Shown: positions 1 through 8,237 of the stretch, in pieces
How the letters are laid out: every line of letters begins with the position of its first letter
How positions within the stretch are numbered: position 1 is the first letter of the stretch
Source: Chlorokybus atmophyticus
Taxonomy: Eukaryota; Plantae; Mesostigma and Chlorokybus algae
NCBI GenBank assembly: GCA_009103225.1
Contig: RHPI01003261.1
Coordinates: forward strand, 1 to 64,000
Length of the DNA: 64,000 nt
Direction: 5' to 3'
The notes under the pieces: generated by a model
Seen by the model: only the letters and a program-made list of their open reading frames with translations
Database searches by the model: none
Told to the model about the DNA's origin: nothing
Made by a program: the position numbers and the translations under genes

Positions 1-1
1 A

Positions 2-1378
2 TGTGAGCGGGTTGTGATCAGTAATCACTGAAAACTCCACCCCTTCCAAGTAGCAACGCCATGTGCGCAGCGCATGCACCACCCCAAGCAATTCCTGCTC
101 AGTGGTTGTGTAATTACGTTCAGCAGGAATGAACTTTCTGCTTTCATATGCACATGGTCTGTCATTTTGTAGAAGGACTGCCCCACACCCATTGGTGGAA
201 GCATCACTGATCACCACAAAAGGCTTGGTGTGGTCGGGGAAGGATAATACAGGGGCTTGTGTTAATGCATCTTTAATGCGTGTAAAAGCAACCTCGTGTG
301 CCTCCGTCCACACAAATTTAACATCTTTTTTTAGTAAAGATGTTAAAGGGTTTGCCATGCCAGAATATGCTCGCATGAACTTGCGGAAATAGTTGGCTAG
401 CCCCAAGAAAGCACGTAACTGATGTACATCCTTGGGTGGTGGCCAATCCTTTACCGCACACACCTTTTGAGGATCTGGTTTCAATCCTTCTTTGCCAATC
501 ACATGCCCTAAAAAGGGTAATTCATCCTTTGCAAAGTTGCATTTGGACAGGTTGGCATAGAATTTGTGTTCGCGTAATTTAGCTAGAACCAATTCCACAT
601 GTTTGTGGTGGTCCTCCCGAGTTTTGCTGAACACAATAATGTCGTCTAGATATACCAGTACAAACTTGTACAATTCATCAGCAAATACCGCGTTCATTGC
701 TGTCTGAAATGTAGCCGGTGCATTTGTTAACCCAAATGGTAACACTTTATACTCAAAGTGTCCTAGTGGGGTGCGAAATGCAGTTTTTTGTATATCCGAC
801 GGGTGGATTTTGATTTGATGATAACCACTGGTCAAATCCAGCGTGCTGAACACTGTTGCACCTGACAGCTTATCAAACAAATCATCAATCCGAGGCAAAG
901 GGTATCTGTTTTTCACAGTGACCTTGTTCAACGCACGGTAATCAATACACATGCGTAGCTTGCCATTCTTTTTTGGCACAAACAAAATTGGTGCACCAAA
1001 AGGAGATATGCTCTTTGTTATTAAACCTTTGTCCAATAACTCTTTGAGCTGTTTTTCCATCTCCGCGTGTTCTAAGGGACTTAGCCTGTATATAGGCCGC
1101 CAAGGTGGCTTTGCCCCCTCCTCTAACGGAATGGTATGATGTATGTTTCGATCGGGAGGCAACTCTGGGAGTTCATCCTGAAATACATCTGCGTATTGTT
1201 CCGTAAGTGACTGCACCACAGGGTCACTGATAGCCTGTTCAGCAGGTGTTTCCACCTGTCGTAAGTGCAGTAAGTATACTTCCTCACGTTTACGCATGCA
1301 ACGTTTCAATTGCATAGCAGAGAGGAGCGGAACATTATCGCGTGGTATACGTGCGAGTACAGATGCTGTTAAAGTCAT
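2..1378 (-). CDS. Reverse transcriptase-RNase H (pol), open from ATG 1378 to the window edge; missing from the ORF track because no stop is reached
   Basis: Manual translation has no stops: HTIPLEEGAKPPWRPIYRLS...LRMCIDYRALN...LDLTSGYHQI...LPFGLTNAPATFQ...VYLDDIIVFS...FLGHVIG...LRAFLGLANYFRKF, then RNase H SDASTNGCGAVLLQ...NYTTTEQELLGVV...TDHNPL. Confidence 0.97.
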   Translation of the reverse strand, partial: MTLTASVLARIPRDNVPLLSAMQLKRCMRKREEVYLLHLRQVETPAEQAISDPVVQSLTEQYADVFQDELPELPPDRNIHHTIPLEEGAKPPWRPIYRLSPLEHAEMEKQLKELLDKGLITKSISPFGAPILFVPKKNGKLRMCIDYRALNKVTVKNRYPLPRIDDLFDKLSGATVFSTLDLTSGYHQIKIHPSDIQKTAFRTPLGHFEYKVLPFGLTNAPATFQTAMNAVFADELYKFVLVYLDDIIVFSKTREDHHKHVELVLAKLREHKFYANLSKCNFAKDELPFLGHVIGKEGLKPDPQKVCAVKDWPPPKDVHQLRAFLGLANYFRKFMRAYSGMANPLTSLLKKDVKFVWTEAHEVAFTRIKDALTQAPVLSFPDHTKPFVVISDASTNGCGAVLLQNDRPCAYESRKFIPAERNYTTTEQELLGVVHALRTWRCYLEGVEFSVITDHNPLT

Positions 1379-1719
1379 CCTACGTTTCCATGTGGGGCCG
1401 GTGACGTCCTCGGCAGCTGCGCGGTCAGCTGGGGAATTACCCAAGGGGTTTGTTAGGGTCGGTCACCGGCCCCACAGCCAAGGACCGGCCAATATAGGCC
1501 CATACCGGTCAACGCGCGCATAGCGCTCCGCTGCCGGCCCCACAGGTCGCGTCGCCGCGATAGGCAGGTCGCGCCCTGCCGCGCCGACTGAACTGGTCAG
1601 GTCACTTCGGCGCGACTGCCATTAGGCAGGTCGCGACCCATCGATGATGGCACTCATAAAGTGACCATTTACGATTATTGGATCGAGAAACAACGACCGC
1701 GGAATTCGTGTGCAAGGCA

Positions 1720-1774
1720 GGAATCGAACCCGGGTCTCAAGCTCCGATGACCAATGTCACAGCCCACTCGACCA
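1720..1774 (-). promoter_or_regulatory. Putative RNA Pol III type-2 (tRNA-like) internal promoter: A box 1764-1774, B box 1720-1730
   Basis: TGGTCGAGTGG fits the A-box consensus and GGTTCGATTCC is an exact B box. They are 33 nt apart, as in class I tRNA genes, and both are conserved at 34501-34555. Confidence 0.55.
1741..1753 (-). promoter_or_regulatory. Primer-binding site resembling the tRNA-iMet PBS
   Basis: TGGTCATCGGAGC lies 1 nt inside the 5' LTR. The canonical iMet PBS is TGGTATCAGAGC (one bulge, one substitution). The same sequence occurs at 34522-34534. Confidence 0.75.
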
Positions 1775-1833
1775 CAAAAGACTTGGTGCTTTTATGGTCG
1801 ATTTGTGGTAACTTAATGTACCTTCCCGTTACA

Positions 1834-1965
1834 CGCATCGTACTGTAATGGACGCTGGCCGACATACAGCTTGATCTGCTTGCACACCCTGCTGCTAATA
1901 ATGTGCATGTAGATCGAGCTGCGTGTGGCGAAGCGCATGTGGCAATACGGACAAAGGACTCCCAT
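1834..1965 (-). pseudogene. N-terminal C2H2-type zinc-finger ORF of element copy A, cut by the LTR insertion
   Basis: MGVLCPYCHMRFATRSSIYMHIISSRVCKQIKLYVGQRPLQYDA runs directly into the LTR. The homologue continues at 37016-37675. Confidence 0.7.
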
Positions 1966-2476
1966 ATCTCACTACTAACGTCGACACAGGTGTTGCCAAT
2001 GTAACCTGCATTATATCCAGCAACACGCACACCCGCCGCCGCCGCCGCCGCCGCCGCCACCGCCACCGCTACCGCTACCCTTGCATGCCAGAGGCGGGAA
2101 ACTTGGCCGCCAGTCACTGGCTCCGTCGTACCATTATAATGGTACAATCGAGCCATTGCACGTCCAGGGTGAGTCTCTGGATATATATATATACATATAT
2201 ATTCTGATTGAACCGTTTCAATGGTACGAAGATGCCTTTGCCAAAAGGTATAGGCATTGTACAAAGGTACCATTGAAATGGTACCTTTGTACAATGGCAA
2301 TGGCAGTTCGTACCATTGACAACTCTGGCAATGTCAGTCCCCCTGCGCATGAAAACACCATTGATAGCTCCGCCAAGCTATGCCCTTATAGGGGCGTGAT
2401 GCCGCGGGTATGTGGCGTTTAAAGATCGTTGGCAGCGCTGCCAGGGGCGTAGTGGGCATTGTGGTCGAGGTTCGGG

Positions 2477-3332
2477 ATGGATTCCATGTTTGCACAGGGC
2501 GGGCAGGGTGCCAGAGGGGTGTCCTCGGTGTCAAACCCCACCAAGACTACCAAGGGCACATCCAATGACAACAGTGACTCGGGCGATATCTTACAGGGCT
2601 CCCCCTCCGAGTGGGCAAAGGCACACCACAATACTGCCTCTAAGAAAATCCGACCCACCAGCAGCTGCGACCACGGCAACATGATTGAAGGGACCAAACA
2701 AGACTGGCATAAGCAAGGTGGGCTACGATGCACTGTCAATGCCACATGCTAGGGTTCTTTTATCTTGCACATGCACAGCCTCAATTATCTTGCACTTGAC
2801 ATACATTGTCAATACGACATGCACAACCTCATGCACAACCTCCAGAGTCATGCACATGAACAGCATGACCAATCTCGCAAATGCACAGCCTATTTCTACT
2901 TGCGGGAGCTCACAAGTCGCAAAAGAGAAGCTGCGGAGTCAAACGAACGGGTAATCTATGACCTAGTGTAATGTTTCCAGCGGTAATTAAGCAGTATGCT
3001 TGCAGATTGCCATGTTGGTCAGAGTGAACCAAGAGCAGCGCGGCAGGCTGACTGTCTGCCTGGCGGAGTGCAACAAAGCGGAAGACGAGGTAAGCGTGTG
3101 TATGCTGATGGGCTAGTCCTTTGGCAGCACGCCACTCTTACAGCATTACCAAATGCAGGTGGTCACTCTCAAAGCGACCATCATGCGCATGCGCGTGCAC
3201 GGCGAGGCGCTGACATTCAAGCTGAAGGACGAAGTAGCCACTGTACTGTCAGCGAGCGAGGCAGCGGATAAAGATGACTCCGGCGTTGAAGCAGAAGACT
3301 CGTCGGAGGAGGAACAGGAGGAGGGGGTTTGA
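2477..3332 (+). CDS. Spliced hypothetical protein of element copy A with an acidic C-terminus
   Basis: GT-AG-bounded exons include IAMLVRVNQEQRGRLTVCLAECNKAEDE and VVTLKATIMRMRVHGEALTFKLKDE...EDSSEEEQEEGV*. Several differences from copy B are synonymous in these frames. One exon phase junction is unresolved. Confidence 0.5.
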
Positions 3333-3895
3333 GGAGGAGTTTTGAGGCAGGCACCACGGGTTGACAAGCTGCGCATGAGTCCGACCGCTAGACTCAATGT
3401 TATAGGATAGTTTCATGCGCAAGTCGGCTGCTCAGTTGTAAGTGGACATACTCTCACCACTGCCCGTACATTGTATATATTGTGGGCTTTTAGGTGCAAG
3501 ACCAAACAATCAGTTCAAGGTTTGTACAAGCTGCATGGCATGTTAATGTTGGCTTACGGCAAGAATTGCCAACTTTTGTCAAATGGCAAGGGTCACATAT
3601 TAACAGCAGTGTAACGGCAAAGAAACTGCCGGCTATTGCTGTCAGCTGTCCGTAACTACCGGTCAACGGCCATCTGTGCACATCGACCAAAGGGTAACTG
3701 GTTGACAACTCTCGGCCGGTTAGTGCCACTGACAACCACTTTCGGCCCGCGGCCGTCTGCGTCAGTCCACTTAAGCCAACGGCAAACCCAACAGTCCAAA
3801 AGTAATATTTCAGGCAGCAACAGGCAGGCTCAGGCAGGCTCAGGCACCAGTCAGTCCCTCAGTCCTTGGTCAGTCACCGTGTAAAATTTGCGACG

Positions 3896-4283
3896 CCGCG
3901 CCTGCCCACCCGAGGACATTGGCGGCGTGGGCGGCTACATGCACTATCTGAAGGTCCTTACTGACCCTAACCACGAGGACCACACCGTGAGGGTTGTGTG
4001 GGTGGAGGAGCAGACATGCTGCGAGCCGGGAGGGTTCGACCCGGAGCGCTTTGATGTTGACAATGTACACTTAGCTGATCTGGCGATATCAACCGGGACA
4101 GCGCTTAGCCGCAGGCGTGTCAACAAGCCGAGGCAGCAGCTGAGGCAGACTGGACGCAAGTGCGGCAACGGATGGCATGATGCCAACAATGCGGCTGTCA
4201 TTGAGCAGCTGCAGCTCATGCGGGAAGGGGGGCTGCCCGTCCGACAAGTCGGGATGTTTCAGAACTTTAGAGATGGGCTTTGA
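3896..4283 (+). pseudogene. C-terminal half of a pRiA4b ORF-3-like (MM3350-like) protein, 5' half separated by the element A insertion
   Basis: RACPPEDIGGVGGYMHYLKVLTDPNHEDH...FDPERFDVD matches the family pattern PPEDxGGxxGY...FDPxxFD. Confidence 0.8.
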
Positions 4284-5104
4284 GATGGTGAGTTGTGTAT
4301 AAAAGTTGGTCATTGTGCTACGTAGTTTGCAGGTTTGGCTGATAGCGCCACTACCCAGCACATGCACTTGTGGCGGCTAGTCAGTGCGTGCGCGCTTGTA
4401 TGCGTAGACATTTAAGTCTCAGGCGCGCATGACATGTACACGTCAACTGTGGTGTTGTACTGGTCATGCGACACTACATTGAGCACACAACTCTGTTAGG
4501 GTACGTGCTCTTATGACGTACATGCCTTAGTAGTTGCAGAGGTACAGCCAGCTTTGCACCAAGAGGGGAACACTGCAATCATGCATGCACTCAATTCAGG
4601 CTGATACATGGTGAAGACGAAAAAGACGCATTGGCTTGACACAAAGGACGCAACACCATGATGCACACATTCTCGACACATTGCCTTATGCTCAATGCTC
4701 AGTCACAATAACTAACAACTTACTTGCACAGTCTGCCCGAATTTGTACGGACTGTGCAGTTAGCCACCACAATACGCATGGTTGGGATCCTTACAAGCGA
4801 CGAATAATGTGATCGCATGAATGCTCCCTTGCCTTTGTACTACTTGCCACCTACTTCGGGTCACGTACAACCTCTGTATGTTGTTAATGGATGGCATAGA
4901 AGCGCAGTGTGGTTGTAAGTAAGTTGTATGCGACAGTGAACAGATGCCGCAGACCAGCCAAATGGCGACTCAGTATGGAGGACCACCGGATGTGAGCCGA
5001 CCCCTAGCATCGCGACCTCTATTTGCCTGCCAGGGCTTCAATCCATCCATCCTCATGAGCTCCAACATGAAAGGCGTAATGTGGGTTTCACGCCGTTCGT
5101 TGCC

Positions 5105-5962
5105 TCACCGGCGTCTGGCCTGCCTCTGACTGTGGACATGCCTGCGCCTAAGCAAGGTCCCGGTCCCTATCGGCAGGACGGACAGTTCCGCATTGACGGT
5201 GTCGATATCAAACCACTTAGGGTCGAACCCGCCAGGCCCGCAGCCGGTCATTTCCGCCACCCAGACAGTCCTCATGGCGTGGTCCGCGTGGTTGGGATCG
5301 TCGAGGACCTTCAGGCAGTCAATGTAGCCACTTATGCCACCAACGTCCTCGGGGGGGCCAGCGCGGGTGACACTAATGCAGCGGGCGCGATGGTTATGTG
5401 GGCGTGTGTGCGCGAAGCCAGTGGCGGACACGCGTACATGCCAGTCGTCCCCGTAGTCGTACACGTGCAGGAGCGTCGCCGGGAGCGGCGAGGAAGCTCG
5501 AGAGGTCGGCGCAACGCTCATCCTGCTGCATGTCATATTCGTCAAAGTACAAGGGATCGCACGCCATGTCTGTAAACTGCTCACTTGGGGGCGCGTCCTC
5601 GTCCGTAGTGACCCATCCAATTCATGCACCTTGTGTATGAATGCAAGCTGTTTGTGAGTAGTACTGCACATGAGTGCTCGTGCGTGTGCACACATGTCTG
5701 TGCGCGCATGTCCGTGTACGCGTGTCTGTGCATCAACATATGTGATGTCCAAGTGACAAGCATGCTCTCTGGAGTGTACTTACCTCTGGATGACAACATG
5801 CAGAGAAGGCAGGGAGATGTTGGACAGCACCTCCACAAGGCGCCACATCGTGTCAATGTGTTCGTCACCCAGCTCCAGCTTGATGGTCACTACGCCAGTG
5901 CTAGCATTGTTGTTATTGGCGGCGTTGTTATTGTTGTTGACAGAGTTGTTGTCGTTCACCAT
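5105..5962 (-). pseudogene. Intron-containing pRiA4b ORF-3-like gene with at least two frameshifts
   Basis: Exon TIKLELGDEHIDTMWRLVEVLSNISLPSLHVVIQR, then a GTAAGT...AG intron (5783-5630), then CMNW, DERCADLSSFLAAPGD, YDYGDDW and PPEDVGGISGY. Frames shift near 5605 and 5475. Confidence 0.8.
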
Positions 5963-7045
5963 GCTTTCTCCAGCGCTTCCCACGCTGCTGGCCTGAAAGG
6001 CATGGCTAGCAGCAGCAGCAAAGGCTGATCTGCAGTGTAGGATAGAGCCTTGCACAATACACACAGAAGCTTCAACCAAGCTTGGCCATACAGCACTTGC
6101 CGCCTTCAGTCGCGACCTGCAAGGACCACGGACAACACTAAGGGTCCCCATGCTTGGCAGACAATGCTCATGCACTGGCCAGCTACAGTCCTTGCGTATG
6201 CTTATGCACTGGCCATGCACCAGCCCCATGCTCCGCCTCATTGCCGTCAACATACCTTCAAGTCGGCTCACCTTCCACCAGGAAGTAGCGTTCTGGCAAT
6301 CAGGACACCACCACTCAGGCCGAGAAGGCAGACCTCGCCGCCGCCGCTGCCATCGCCGCAGCAGATGGCCACCATAGCAGCGGTGCATGTCATCTGATTG
6401 CAAACGCCATGCGTACCGGTAGGGTAGCATAAGTTAACGTAGTGATACATGTGCCACCTTCAATTCAAGAAACAGTGTCGATGCTTGTCATTGGACTTTG
6501 GTACTAATGCAAGACAGATAAAACAAAACAAGGGATGGATGCAGCACTGCATAAGATATGTAATTTACACGGCAGTGCGGAAGTGGCATCAAACCCAACA
6601 TCACATCACATCACAATTATCTACACCACCGCACTAGCCTACATGGGCTGCTGGGCAGGAGGAGGGATGTCAGCAGCAAACAGTGGCACTTGCAGCACAG
6701 AAAGAGGGATGAATGACTACACGATCTCCACAGCGTTGATTGTGTTGTGTTGTGGTTGTTCAAGTTCATGATAATTATCGAGTGTAGACTTAACGGACAT
6801 TCTGGCGGCCAACGATTTCATACATTTACATGCATGCAAGTGTCACAACGCGCGCACTAAGCTGTTGACAACGTTTACCGGCAATAAGTTATCTGTACAA
6901 ATTGTGTGCACACGACACACAGCAGTAGTTCCCAGGCTTCTGCAATGCAAGTACCAAGTGAAAGCGTCCACCACCGCAGGCGTGTGCAGCGGGGAGAACT
7001 ATTATTCACATAGATGATATTGCTGGCGGCAGGTGTTTGGTCTCT

Positions 7046-7753
7046 TTATATTGCCGTGTAGCCTGTTTCCACAAACTGATAACCACTTGGCGCACACTTG
7101 TCTGTAAACACCAGAAGAGCTGCACAAGTTGACAAGACAGAACAGGTGGTCAGGCTTGCGTATATGATATGATATGATACTTGGCATCATTCAACAACAA
7201 ACAAACTAAGTTGCTTGCCGTAGATGACAGCTGGCACCCAGAAAAAGACAGTCAGCAGCACGGAAATCCAGAAGCGGTTGTCAAGCTGGCCTGTCTGCAG
7301 CAACATTGTCCAGCCAGTTAGCAGATGAAAGAACCCCTGAGGCTGATCAGCATATGGAAAGAGCGATCGCATGCATGCAAAATAGGCTGCATGATAGGAA
7401 CAGGCCAGCAGAGAAACAGAGTTGACAAGACTGCGGACATAGGTGAAGCATGCTACGAGCACAAGAAGCTCCATGGTCACATTGAAGAGCTACTACTGAG
7501 GAACATATGTGTTCAAAACAACTACATAGAAAAACCTGCCACAAGCACTCAGCTCAGGCAGGAGCAGCCATGCAGCAGCAGCAGCAGTAACAGTGCCAAA
7601 GAAGCCACCCGAACAGCACTTGACGCATACATCCTCCCCAAGTCAACAAGCTCCAAGCGTGACCCTTACCTTGAGCACGACTGCCAGCGGCGGAAGGAGA
7701 AAGCAAGCCACCAGCACGACGAGGTTCTTCAGCAAAGACTCGTTGTTGGCCAT
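7046..7753 (-). CDS. PMP3: PMP3/RCI2 (UPF0057) small membrane proteolipid, 3 coding exons
   Basis: Spliced product MANNESLLKNLVVLVACFLLPPLAVVLK|TGQLDNRFWISVLLTVFFWVPAVIY|ALLVFTDKCAPSGYQFVETGYTAI* carries the LLPPLAV and FWIxxLLT...PAVIYA motifs. Confidence 0.88.
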
Positions 7754-8237
7754 GCCGACGGAGACGGAGGTGACGTCGCGTCCCCAGCTTGCTAGTAAGC
7801 TACGTTTATCAGGAACACCTCAGTGCCACCACGCGCATGCCAATACCGCCGTCACCAACCCCACCAGCGCCGCCGCCGCCGCCACCTCCACCGCCGCAGG
7901 TCAGGGCTACAAACATGCAGGATGGGACACAGTGTATGACTCACTCTCAATGGACCTGCTTGTGCTTGCTTGTGCGCCGCGCTTGTGCCCAACCCTCGTG
8001 CATGGCGCACAAGAGCTCTGTGCGATGCGCACAAGCTTGTTTCACAAGCTAGGGTTTTGTTGCTTGGAGAGACGTTGCTGTGGGCGTGGTCGACGTCGTT
8101 GGCCGCCGGGGCCGCGGCGGCGGCGGGCGTTTCAGTCCTTGGGAGGTGCAATTCGGTTTTGATTAGCTGGTGGAGGCTGCTTGAGGAGCGGACACTCCAG
8201 AGGCCTTCGTTGCCGGCCCCGACCCCCGGCTATCAAG

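Larger units (their letters stand above)
1..1833 (-). mobile_element. Ty3/Gypsy (chromovirus-like) LTR retrotransposon, 5' portion: 79-bp 5' LTR (1755-1833), PBS, leader and RT-RNase H; runs off the window start
   Basis: The LTR reads TGTAACGG...GTGACA on the minus strand and is nearly identical to both LTRs at 34083-34161 and 34536-34609. A PBS-like TGGTCATCGGAGC follows it. The pol ORF lies downstream. Confidence 0.95.
1834..3895. mobile_element. Unclassified multi-gene DNA element, copy A (right-hand ~2 kb; interrupted on the left by the Gypsy LTR)
   Basis: Colinear with 37538-39592 over about 2 kb. Homology ends sharply at ...GTAAAATTTGC(G/A)ACG in both copies, just after subterminal (GGCAGGCTCA)n repeats. 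The right end abuts the middle of a pRiA4b-like gene. Confidence 0.8.

Noticed and set aside
1715-1785. A real tRNA gene (also at 34496-34565)
   Set aside because: A and B boxes are present, but there is no acceptor-stem pairing and no 7-nt anticodon loop, and the sequence is part of an LTR/PBS. Kept only as a promoter hypothesis.
3821-3846. CRISPR-like repeat array (also 39498-39540)
   Set aside because: These are 10-bp tandem units with no spacers, in a eukaryotic context. They are subterminal repeats of the DNA element.
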